A stretch of DNA of 25,014 bases from an uncultured Chloroflexota bacterium (GCA_903871975.1 CAIQIY010000619.1:1-25014), one strand, 5' to 3'. Shown: positions 1-8,490, counted from the first letter of the stretch. Numbers and translations: made by a program. Notes: generated from the letters alone by a model not told the origin.

Positions 1-519
1 ACCAAGCCGTTTGGCTTCATGAAATTCACTCCCGGCCCTGGTCTCGGCGGTCACTGTATCCCGATCGATCCATTGTATCTTTCGTGGAAACTGAAGACTC
101 TCAACTACAATGCACGATTTATTGAGCTGGCAAGTGAAGTAAATACGTCAATGCCACCGTACTGGGTGCAAAAAGTCATGGATACACTCAATGATCATGG
201 AAAAGCGCTCCGTGGGAGTAATGTACTGGTTGTTGGTGTAGCCTACAAAAAAGATGTCAATGATGTTCGTGAGTCGCCAGCGCTCGACATCATCCATCTT
301 CTCGAAAATAAAGGGGCACATGTTACATATCACGACCCTCATGTGCCATCAATAGTCGTCGAAGAAACAAAATATGTGTCAGTCGTCGACTTTGATACGT
401 CTCTCCGTGAATCAGATTGTACGATCATTGTTACAGATCACACTGGCTACGACTGGGTTCATATCCACGGAACAGCAACATGCGTCGTTGATACACGGTG
501 GACGACGAAAAAAGTATGA
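1..519 (+). CDS. Nucleotide-sugar dehydrogenase (UDP-GlcNAc/UDP-ManNAc 6-dehydrogenase, WbpA/WecC type), 5'-truncated by the window edge
   Basis: Frame is open from base 1 (TKPFGFMKFTPGPGLGGHCIPIDP). It contains the catalytic GGHCIP motif and the C-terminal GVAYKKDVNDVRESP and YHDPHV motifs. Confidence 0.92.
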   Translation, partial: TKPFGFMKFTPGPGLGGHCIPIDPLYLSWKLKTLNYNARFIELASEVNTSMPPYWVQKVMDTLNDHGKALRGSNVLVVGVAYKKDVNDVRESPALDIIHLLENKGAHVTYHDPHVPSIVVEETKYVSVVDFDTSLRESDCTIIVTDHTGYDWVHIHGTATCVVDTRWTTKKV

Positions 520-2453
520 GCATAGTCGATGGTTTGCTGTCAGCACGGCGTTTCCATACTGCTCAACTCGTGGATGGGCGAATCTATTTCATCAGCGACT
601 TAAGCGGTCGTCTGAGTCTCTATGTCATGGATTATGGTGGAAGTATACCAGAACCATTGCTTCCACCACAGATTGCATTGCAAAACCCCGATTTGATCGG
701 CGGTGTGCCATATGCGATATTCCCGACGCTTGGCCAAATTCTGGTGATGATCGACCAGGATGGTGATGAGCACTATTTGCCGCACGTGATTCCACTCACA
801 GGCGGACCACCGCAACCAGTGTTTGCCGCGGAGCTCGAGCGCAGCCGCGTCGCTTGTGAGGCTGTCGACGTGGCTACAGGCATCGTGTACATTGCGGCAC
901 AATCGACCGAACGGCCAGAGACGACCATCATCGCGGCGCAGCTGGCGACTCAGGCATGCACCGTGCTGGCCATGCGCCCGTGGTCGTTCGAAGTTGCCGG
1001 AGTAGCGGGTGATCACCAGCGCGTCGCACTGATCGAGAGCTATACGTCGGGCGATCATGTGTTGCTGGAGTGGTCACCCGGCGCTGGCGTCGTGGTGCGC
1101 TATGGCAGCTTGAACGAGCATCGATCGCCTGAGACGCCAGTGGTGCTCAATGCGATCGCCAATTGCTGCTACACGCCGGCGAATCATGGCATGGTGTTCA
1201 TCACGGCACTCTTCGATGATTGCTATGGCCTAGGGTACATGGCGGCCGGAGCGACGACACCAGAACCGGTGACGATCGACGGTGTGCAGCACCACGGCGC
1301 AGGTGAGTTGACCGGTCTCAAGCAACTGGATGGTGATCGCTACCTGGTGAGCTACAATATCGATGGCTGTTCGTGGTGTTACGAGGCGCGTTTCGATGAG
1401 CGGCAGCGGCATTGCGCGCTGACAGCGGTGATCGTCGGGCGTGGTGCGCTGGCCGGTGGTGTCGTCGAGTCGATTGATTATGACCGTGCCACCGACCGGT
1501 TCATCGCCACGTTCTCAAGCGCCGTCGCGCCGACACAGATCGTGACCGTAGAAGGCCCGACTCGTTCCACAATCGTCCAGCACACGCGTGAACGCTTCCT
1601 CGGCTACGCCGAGGATGGCTTCGCTCCGGGCGAGGATGCATCCTTCGACTCGCACGATGGATTACGCATCTCGGCACGGTTGTATCTCCCGGCGCCACGT
1701 CATGGATTCAGTGGGCCGCGACCGCTGGTGTATTACATTCATGGTGGCCCACAGAGCCAGGAGCGGCCGGACTTCAGCTGGTTCTCGATGCCGCTGATCC
1801 AGCTTCTGACGATCGAGGGGTTTGCAGTCTTTGTGCCGAACGTGCGCGGCAGTACCGGATACGGCATGCGCTACACGACTTTGGTCGATCGCGACTGGGG
1901 TGGGGCCGACATGGCCGACCATGTGACCGCGATGGAGCATCTGAGTCGTGACCAGCGAATCGACGTGCGGCGCGCAGGCGTCATTGGTCGCTCGTATGGT
2001 GGGTACATGACCTTGATGCTGGCATCGCGGCATCCGCACTTGTGGCGTGCTGCTGTCGACATGTTCGGCCCCTACGATCTGCTCTCGTTCCTGGAACGCA
2101 TTCCGCCGACGTGGAAGCCGTATTTCCAGATTGCAGTGGGTGACCTGGTCGCCGATCGAGCACACTTGATCGAGCGCTCGCCGGCGACGCACATCGATGC
2201 GCTGCAATGCCCGTTGCTGGTCATCCAGGGGCGCAACGATCCGCGAGTCGTCGAACGTGAGTCAGCCGATCTCGTCGCACGTCTCGCGGCACTTGGCCGC
2301 GAGGTGCGGTATCTGGTGTTCGAGAACGAAGGCCATGATGTGCTCAAGTTCGAGAATCGTGTGACCTGCTATGGGGATATCGCGGCATTCTTTGGGCAGC
2401 ATCTCGGCGATGGTGATGCAGCATTGCCTCGTGCTGCGAGCGCCCTGGCCTGA
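516..2453 (+). CDS. S9 family (prolyl oligopeptidase/acylaminoacyl peptidase-like) serine peptidase, 645 aa
   Basis: HGGPQSQ, GRSYGG nucleophile elbow, QGRNDPRV (Asp), NEGHD (His), PNVRGSTGYG. ATG at 516 overlaps the upstream stop (ATGA) and is preferred over GTG 498. Confidence 0.93.
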   Translation: MSIVDGLLSARRFHTAQLVDGRIYFISDLSGRLSLYVMDYGGSIPEPLLPPQIALQNPDLIGGVPYAIFPTLGQILVMIDQDGDEHYLPHVIPLTGGPPQPVFAAELERSRVACEAVDVATGIVYIAAQSTERPETTIIAAQLATQACTVLAMRPWSFEVAGVAGDHQRVALIESYTSGDHVLLEWSPGAGVVVRYGSLNEHRSPETPVVLNAIANCCYTPANHGMVFITALFDDCYGLGYMAAGATTPEPVTIDGVQHHGAGELTGLKQLDGDRYLVSYNIDGCSWCYEARFDERQRHCALTAVIVGRGALAGGVVESIDYDRATDRFIATFSSAVAPTQIVTVEGPTRSTIVQHTRERFLGYAEDGFAPGEDASFDSHDGLRISARLYLPAPRHGFSGPRPLVYYIHGGPQSQERPDFSWFSMPLIQLLTIEGFAVFVPNVRGSTGYGMRYTTLVDRDWGGADMADHVTAMEHLSRDQRIDVRRAGVIGRSYGGYMTLMLASRHPHLWRAAVDMFGPYDLLSFLERIPPTWKPYFQIAVGDLVADRAHLIERSPATHIDALQCPLLVIQGRNDPRVVERESADLVARLAALGREVRYLVFENEGHDVLKFENRVTCYGDIAAFFGQHLGDGDAALPRAASALA

Positions 2454-2582
2454 AGCCGAGGTCAGGGCTCGGTTGATGACGGAGACGATGCGGCCGGTTG
2501 CTGCAGGCGGCGTGCTGCACAACGGCCGTGGTGCCGGTGCGTCGCGACCGATAGCGGTGACAACGAGCAAAAAGTGGGTGCG

Positions 2583-2714
2583 ATGGAGACAATACTCGCA
2601 ATCGTGCGGTACGCGTTCATCGTTGGCATCGCCATCGAAGGTGTCTTGATCGCTCGCGCGCTCTGGCGCCTCGTCAGTCGGCGGCCTGCGCATCAATCCA
2701 CGACAGATTTATGA
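2583..2714 (+). CDS. Small single-pass membrane protein, 43 aa (METILAIVRYAFIVGIAIEGVLIARALWRLVSRRPAHQSTTDL)
   Basis: Translated by hand; it is below the ORF-track size cut-off. It has one hydrophobic helix followed by basic residues, and its stop overlaps the next ATG (ATGA, 2711-2714). Confidence 0.65.
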   Translation: METILAIVRYAFIVGIAIEGVLIARALWRLVSRRPAHQSTTDL

Positions 2715-3589
2715 CACCACCATCAATCGTTTTACATATCTCAGACCTGCATGCCGGGCCGCCATTTGTCACTGCTGCGGCAGAAGGCCTGGTCGAGCGT
2801 GCATGGGTTCATAAGCCCGATCTTGTCGTGATTTCGGGAGACTTGGTGCAGAGAGCGGATAGCTCGCGACAATGGCGCATGATTCGTGAATTCATCGCCA
2901 AACTACCACAACCTCAACTCATCGTCCCTGGGAATCATGATGTTCCTTTGTATAACGTGATCAATCGTATTCTTCGGCCGATGACTACATATCAACGAGA
3001 AATTGGTGTGCCACTCAATCCAGTGATAGAATTGCCAGGAGCAGTCATTATCGGCGGAGTGACGGCACATGGGTTGACCATTGATGGGGGAATGCTGAGC
3101 AAGCGCCAGCGCCGGACACTGACAGAACTCTGGTCGCGCTATGACGATACGCGCTGGAAACTGATGGTCCTACATCATCAACTCGTCAATCCACCAGGGT
3201 ATCAGCATCGAGCAACGATGCGTGATTCTGTTGGGGTAGCACATCTACTGGAGCAATGGGGGGTCGATGTATTGCTCTGCGGGCACATTCATGTCTCGCA
3301 TGTTGGACAGACCGCGGACAGCATACCGACGCTGCAGCATGGTACCGTGATCTGTCAGAGCGGTACAACCACATCGCGGCGTGGCAAGAGTCGCGAACGA
3401 GGTGCACAGTCGTATAATTTACTCAGCATCAGTGACACGGCAATCGATATTACGCCACATGTGTACACAGCAGCGACGGCACAATTCACGCCGACGGCGA
3501 TCTACACGGTACGTCGTCGGGATCGGCGAAGCATCGAGCAGCGATCGGTTGAGGGTGTTGCAGCATCACTGGACCGCATCGCAGAATAG
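2711..3589 (+). CDS. Calcineurin-like metallophosphoesterase (CpdA/Icc-like)
   Basis: Motifs SDLH, SGDL, GNHD, LHH and GHIH appear in canonical order. Confidence 0.9.
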   Translation: MTPPSIVLHISDLHAGPPFVTAAAEGLVERAWVHKPDLVVISGDLVQRADSSRQWRMIREFIAKLPQPQLIVPGNHDVPLYNVINRILRPMTTYQREIGVPLNPVIELPGAVIIGGVTAHGLTIDGGMLSKRQRRTLTELWSRYDDTRWKLMVLHHQLVNPPGYQHRATMRDSVGVAHLLEQWGVDVLLCGHIHVSHVGQTADSIPTLQHGTVICQSGTTTSRRGKSRERGAQSYNLLSISDTAIDITPHVYTAATAQFTPTAIYTVRRRDRRSIEQRSVEGVAASLDRIAE

Positions 3590-3598
3590 CGAACCGGC

Positions 3599-5110
3599 AT
3601 GACGGCGAGCGTGCGCCTGGTGATGCTTTGGTGCCTGGTATGTGCGGCATTGTGGCCCGGAGCGGGGGCCCGTGCCGAGACGCCGGATCCACTTCGTGGT
3701 GACCAATGGAGCCTGGATCTGATCGGCGCGGCATGTGCCTGGCGTGTGGTTCAGGGAGACGCAGATGTCATCGTCGCGATCATCGACAGTGGTGTCGACC
3801 CGCAGCATCCCGATCTGGTCGGCAGATTATTGCCCGGGCGCGACTTCGTCGATGGTGATGATGACCCATCGGATGCCAACGGGCATGGTACGCATGTCGC
3901 CGGCATCGTCGCCGCAACCCTGAATAATGCCGAGGGCATCGCTGGGCTGGCGCCTGGTGTCACCATGTTGCCCGTTCGGGTGTTGAACGAACGCAACGTC
4001 GGCACAGAGTCGGCGATCGAAGCCGGCATTCGCTACAGTGTCGCGCGGGGTGCGCGGGTCATCAACATGAGTCTGGGCGCGACGCTGACGATCGCCGCCG
4101 ACCGCGAATCGACCCGGGTGCTGAACGCTATTCGCGAAGCCCAAGCTGCCGGTGCTGTGGTGATCGTTGCTGCCGGCAATGACTTTGTCCCGTTCCCCAA
4201 TGCGTTTGCCGGTGAACATCCCGACGCCATGGTGATCGCGGCGAGTGACCGGTCCGATGTCAAGGCCAGGTTCTCGAATTCGGGGCCGTGGATCGCAGTG
4301 AGTGCACCAGGCGTCGACGTCCTCTCGACGATGCCCACGTACGAGGTGTCGCTGACCAGCGGCGACGCACCCGAGTCGGAGCGCTTTCGTCGCGGTTATG
4401 ATCGACTGTCGGGCACGTCGCAGGCGGTCCCTCATGTCGCGGCATTGGCGGCGCTGCTCATCTCGGCGCATCCCGACTGGTCGCCGGCCGAGGTGCGCGC
4501 GCAGATCGAGCGGAGCGCACAGGACGTTCGCACGCGCAACCCCGGCCTCGAGATTGGCACTGGCAGAATCGATGCTTGCGCGGCGCTCGGTGGCGATGAT
4601 GCAGCGGGTGCTCCGGCGCCGGTTGCTCCACCACTCGAGTTGCGTGTGTGGGGGTTCGCCGCAGCCCAGACGCTGGCATGGCTGCTGGTGCTGGCCGGGG
4701 GTATCGTCATCGCCGGTTGGTGGTCGATGCGTCGGCGACGCTCGGGAAGTGCCGGAAGCCGGCGCGAGACACCTGGCGCGGCGCTGTCTGCTGGCCAGCA
4801 ATGGACAGTTCAGGTGATCGTGTTCGACGACGTCAGCCATGTGGTGCTCGCGCCCGGCACCACGACGATCGGCCGTGATCCTGCGTGCGTGCTCGTGGTT
4901 CACGGTGACACGAGCGTCTCGCGACGCCACGCACGATTGCTGGTGGACGAAGCTGGCCTGCAGGTCGAGGATGCTGGCAGCAGCCACGGTACGTTCGTCA
5001 ATGATCGGCGGATCACCGCGCCGCGGCGGTTGCGGCGTGGTGATGTCCTACGCCTCGGGCAGACACAACTACGCATTGGCATCGGGGATTCGCGGCACGT
5101 GTTGCATTAG
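3599..5110 (+). CDS. S8 subtilase with signal peptide, transmembrane helix and C-terminal FHA domain
   Basis: IIDSG (Asp), HGTHVAG (His), AAGND (oxyanion Asn), GTSQAVPHVA (Ser). TM segment LAWLLVLAGGIVIAGWW is followed by RRRR. FHA motifs IGRD, SVSRRHA, EDAGSSHGTFVN. Confidence 0.92.
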   Translation: MTASVRLVMLWCLVCAALWPGAGARAETPDPLRGDQWSLDLIGAACAWRVVQGDADVIVAIIDSGVDPQHPDLVGRLLPGRDFVDGDDDPSDANGHGTHVAGIVAATLNNAEGIAGLAPGVTMLPVRVLNERNVGTESAIEAGIRYSVARGARVINMSLGATLTIAADRESTRVLNAIREAQAAGAVVIVAAGNDFVPFPNAFAGEHPDAMVIAASDRSDVKARFSNSGPWIAVSAPGVDVLSTMPTYEVSLTSGDAPESERFRRGYDRLSGTSQAVPHVAALAALLISAHPDWSPAEVRAQIERSAQDVRTRNPGLEIGTGRIDACAALGGDDAAGAPAPVAPPLELRVWGFAAAQTLAWLLVLAGGIVIAGWWSMRRRRSGSAGSRRETPGAALSAGQQWTVQVIVFDDVSHVVLAPGTTTIGRDPACVLVVHGDTSVSRRHARLLVDEAGLQVEDAGSSHGTFVNDRRITAPRRLRRGDVLRLGQTQLRIGIGDSRHVLH

Positions 5111-5372
5111 GCGCCGATGCGCGCAACCGTGACTCACCACGATCGTACGATGCGTTGGCTGATCCGGGGCCTGCCCTGTATCAGGCAGTACCGCACCGAC
5201 CGGCTCCGTGCGTCAGGTAGCGTATACCCCATCCGTGAACGTGCGATCGTCCTTGCCGGGCAGCAGCGTCGAGCGCGACGAAGCAAAGCAGCAATCCGGT
5301 GCGTTGCACCGGATTGCTGGATGGAGCAGGGTCGTGTGAGGATCCGGGAGCAGCTGCACTCCCGGAGGCAGT

Positions 5373-5573
5373 TCACGAGATCGTCTTCTGAAAACAGGCG
5401 CGGTGATGGTATGTCTTGTTCCGGCGACGGCCATCCATCACCACGACCATCTCGCGGTCGTTCATGATGCGATCGCCACAATTGCCACAGGCATGGTCGG
5501 TGACGCGACCGCTGCGATCGCGTGATGTCACGTCAGTCTTCGACTTGGCTGTCTTCGTGTTCTTGCCCGCCAT
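5373..5573 (-). CDS. Small basic putative zinc-finger protein, 66 aa (CxxC...HxxC)
   Basis: GGAGGG SD 4 nt before the ATG, an extended -10 promoter about 50 nt upstream, and motifs CGNCG and YHHRACF. Confidence 0.75.
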   Translation of the reverse strand: MAGKNTKTAKSKTDVTSRDRSGRVTDHACGNCGDRIMNDREMVVVMDGRRRNKTYHHRACFQKTIS

Positions 5574-5623
5574 TGAACCCTCCAGTGCTCATGATCTGAA
5601 CGGTCGTGCCCGTCTGATGGCGC

Positions 5624-5632
5624 ATTATAGCA
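5624..5632 (-). promoter_or_regulatory. Extended -10 promoter (TGCTATAAT) for the 66-aa ORF
   Basis: Exact TGnTATAAT consensus in GC-rich intergenic DNA, correctly oriented toward the ORF. Confidence 0.7.
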
Positions 5633-5994
5633 CACCGGGCAGATGATTACCGGCACGGCAGCTTCCAGCCCAGGATACGTGCAGCGTCGTGCGATGCATG
5701 GCTGCCCGAGCCGCGTCGGCAATGCGCCGACGTCGCACCATCACCGCCCACACGCTGCAGGAGCGAGGAGCACAACACCCTCGCGGCTGCGCTGGCACGG
5801 CGGCGTGCCATCATCCCCAGCCCTGCTCACCTGCCTCGCGGGGCGCAGCATCGTGTACACGATCGCCACGCAGACACCAGCCGCCGTGAGGCAGGTGGAC
5901 GTGCGCTGCGCGACCGTGTGGTGGGGTTACGGCGTCATGACATTGATGCAGCCCCGGCACTTGGGCCGCACCCATCCATATCCGGCCGGGAGTA

Positions 5995-6003
5995 TGCTAT
6001 ACT
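5995..6003 (+). promoter_or_regulatory. Extended -10 promoter (TGCTATACT) for the riboswitch/btu transcript
   Basis: TGnTATACT lies about 30 nt upstream of riboswitch P1. Confidence 0.65.
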
Positions 6004-6032
6004 GCCGGCGGTACACTGACAACCTGCAGCCG

Positions 6033-6195
6033 ATCGAGGCGACCCGACAGCCCGGATGCTAGGGCGGAATGGTGGAAGCTGGTGCAAGTCCAGCGCTGTG
6101 CCGCAACTGTGAGCGATGGTGACATGATAGTACCATCGTGAGCCAGGACGCCAGCCTCGGTCATGTGACGTACAACCTTCTCGAGCACGGGAGGT
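6033..6195 (+). ncRNA. Cobalamin riboswitch, compact (class II-like) with P13 expression platform
   Basis: P1 ATCGAGGC(6033-6040)/GCCTCGGT(6154-6161); GGAAGCTGG-TGCAAGT-CCAG P4 T-loop; GCCGCAACTGTGA core; single hairpin CGATGGT/ACCATCG; B12-box-like GAGCCAGGACGCCAGCC; P13 ACCTTCT/GGGAGGT covering an SD. It lies upstream of btuFCD-like genes. Confidence 0.9.
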
Positions 6196-6342
6196 GATGC
6201 GATGCGACGATCGCCATGATGGCTGTCGCCGCGGCCATGACTCGCACGCCGACCACATCAGGTCGGCGTTGGTGTTTGCGCCCGGCGCATCTGCCGGTGA
6301 CATTTGACTGTATCGAACCATCACGCCAATCGGAGGCGAGCC

Positions 6343-7365
6343 ATGTTCTTCCGTCATCTGCGACTGATCGCAATGGCCTGTGTGTTGGCGGCGTGTGGCG
6401 CTGCGGCGTCACCGGCACCGACGCCGAGCGCTGTGCCGGCGCCGAGTGCGATACCTGCATCACCAACTGCGGGTGCAACGCCAACCACAGGCGCAACTGT
6501 TGCACCAGAAGCTGGCATCAGCATCACCGATGCTGCCGGCCGCACCGTCGTCGTACCAGCCAGCGCGCGGCGCATCGTGTCGCTTGCGCCCAGCACCAGC
6601 GAGATCGTGGCGTTTGTTGGCGCCATCGATCGATTGGTTGCCGTCGATGACTTCTCCGACTATCCGCCGGCACTTCAGAACCTGCCGCGGGTTGGTGGCA
6701 GCGATTTCACCTACGACGCCGAAGCGATCGTGGCACTGGAGCCCGATCTGGTGCTCGCCGCCGGGATCACGTCGCCCGATGCCGTCGGCCAGCTCGCTGA
6801 TCTCGGCCTGACGGTAGTGGTGGTCGGCAGCCTCGAGGCGAGCCTCGATTCGATCCTGACCGATATCACGCTCGTCGGCAGCTTGGTCGGTGCTGCCGAC
6901 AGCACTGCCGAGGCGGTAGCCGCGTTGCGTGAGCGGGTCGCCACTGTCCAGCGGGCCATCGCCGCAGTCGAAGGACGACCACGGGTCTACTGGGAGATCG
7001 ACGCCACGGATCCGCAGCGGCCGTACAGTATCGCGCCGGGCAGCTTCATGCATGAATTGCTGACGACTGCGGGGGGCGAGAATATCTTCGCTGATGCGAC
7101 GAATCCGTATCCCCAAGTGAGTGCCGAACAAATTGTCGACGGTGACCCGCAGATCATCGTGATGTCGAATGCTGCATACGGTACGACGGTCGAGTCGCTG
7201 CGGGGGCGCACCGGCTGGCAGGACATCACTGCAGTCCGCGACCAGCAAGTCTTTCCGATCGACGATGATCTGGTCAGTCGACCGGGCCCGCGGGCAGTCG
7301 ATGGCCTTGAGGTCCTGGCGCGGCTGCTGCATCCAGGGCAGTTCGACGGTCAGATGGCGCCGTGA
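6343..7365 (+). CDS. btuF: Cobalamin ABC transporter substrate-binding lipoprotein
   Basis: GGAGG SD then ATG 6343; lipobox VLAAC; P/A/T linker; RIVSLAPSTSEI, EAIVALEPDLV and SRPGPR class III SBP motifs; riboswitch context. Confidence 0.88.
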   Translation: MFFRHLRLIAMACVLAACGAAASPAPTPSAVPAPSAIPASPTAGATPTTGATVAPEAGISITDAAGRTVVVPASARRIVSLAPSTSEIVAFVGAIDRLVAVDDFSDYPPALQNLPRVGGSDFTYDAEAIVALEPDLVLAAGITSPDAVGQLADLGLTVVVVGSLEASLDSILTDITLVGSLVGAADSTAEAVAALRERVATVQRAIAAVEGRPRVYWEIDATDPQRPYSIAPGSFMHELLTTAGGENIFADATNPYPQVSAEQIVDGDPQIIVMSNAAYGTTVESLRGRTGWQDITAVRDQQVFPIDDDLVSRPGPRAVDGLEVLARLLHPGQFDGQMAP

Positions 7366-7419
7366 GCAGCACCGTGGCGACTGCCCGGTGGTGCGACGCC
7401 GCAATGTGAGGAGCGAGCG

Positions 7420-8490
7420 ATGCGTCTTGCGTTGCGCCGCGGGATCGGGCGACACGTGGCTACACCCGCACCAGTCTGGCCGGTGGTCCTGCTTGGCAGT
7501 GTGCTGATGACCGGTGCTGCCGGCATCGCCGTGTTGGTCGGAAGTGTCATGATCCCGCCGGCGGCGATCGGAGCGTTGTTCTGGCGCGCTGTTGCGGGGG
7601 GTGGTCACGATCCCTGGCCGGCCACCTATGCGACGATCCTGTTCGACATCCGCCTGCCGCGGGTCGCGCTGATGATCCTGACGGGAGCGGCGCTGGCGAG
7701 CTCCGGAGCAGCGTACCAGGGGCTGTTTCGCAATCCGCTGGCGGACCCATACCTGATCGGCGCTGCGGCGGGTGCCGGGCTTGGCGCGGTCTTCAGCGCG
7801 ATGCTCCGCCTGAGTATGCCTGCCCTGCCGTTGGCGGCGGTGCCGTTCGGAGCGTTCTTCGGCGCTGCGTTGACGGTGGCGGCCGTGTATGCACTCGGGC
7901 GGGTTGGCGGCGCGACGCCGGTGAGCACGCTGCTGCTGGCTGGTGTGGCATTGAGCGCCCTGCTCTCGGCGGCGACGATCTATCTGTTGCTGCGTCAGGC
8001 ACGCCAGGCGAGCTACATCTTGGCATTCCTGCTCGGTGGCTATGCCGGCGGCGGTTGGGAAGCCCCGAGCGTGGTCGCGCCGTTCGTCGTGATCGGATTC
8101 GTCGTGTTGTATCATTGTCGCCGTGAGCTGAATGTGTTGAGCTTCGACGATCATCAGGCGCAGCAACTCGGCGTCGACGTCGGTCGTGCACGCCTGCGGA
8201 TCATCATCGCTGCAACATTGATGACCGGCGCTGCGGTGGCGTTCAGCGGGCTGGTGGGATTCATCGGCCTGATCGTACCCCACATGGCGCGTCTGCTGAT
8301 CGGTGCCGATCACCGTCGGCTGCTGCCGTTGGCGGCGCTCGGTGGTGCCGCCTCCCTCGTGTTGGCCGACACCCTCGCGCGCAGCGTGGTCGCCCCGGAA
8401 GAATTGCCACTCGGTGTGATCACTGCGGTCGCCGGTGTGCCGTTCTTTCTGTGGATGCTGCGCCGCGCCCGTAGCGCAGCATTTTTCTGA
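7420..8490 (+). CDS. btuC: Cobalamin ABC transporter permease (FecCD/BtuC family)
   Basis: DIRLPRV, QGLFRNPLADPYLIG, GLVGFIGLIVPHMARL, ELPLGVIT; GAGGAG SD. Confidence 0.92.
   Translation: MRLALRRGIGRHVATPAPVWPVVLLGSVLMTGAAGIAVLVGSVMIPPAAIGALFWRAVAGGGHDPWPATYATILFDIRLPRVALMILTGAALASSGAAYQGLFRNPLADPYLIGAAAGAGLGAVFSAMLRLSMPALPLAAVPFGAFFGAALTVAAVYALGRVGGATPVSTLLLAGVALSALLSAATIYLLLRQARQASYILAFLLGGYAGGGWEAPSVVAPFVVIGFVVLYHCRRELNVLSFDDHQAQQLGVDVGRARLRIIIAATLMTGAAVAFSGLVGFIGLIVPHMARLLIGADHRRLLPLAALGGAASLVLADTLARSVVAPEELPLGVITAVAGVPFFLWMLRRARSAAFF

Noticed and set aside
2451-2714. Read-through (Sec or stop suppression) of the S9 TGA; the same frame stays open into the 43-aa ORF
   Set aside because: The peptidase is already complete at its catalytic His, the intervening translation is not protein-like, no SECIS-like hairpin was seen, and 85 open codons are unremarkable at this GC.
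6400-6510. Repetitive DNA in the btuF and aapJ (14130-14220) 5' regions
   Set aside because: It encodes ordinary Pro/Ala/Thr lipoprotein linkers and is not a repeat array.
6216-6650. 144-aa ORF starting at the uORF stop
   Set aside because: It overlaps btuF out of frame by about 300 nt and has an Arg/Cys-rich, non-domain composition.
6460-8313. 617-aa antisense ORF, and similar ones at 3827-4987, 13057-14268, 16232-17560, 19902-21074 and 22210-23460
   Set aside because: These are shadow ORFs on the strand opposite well-supported genes, expected from high-GC codon bias, with no motifs.
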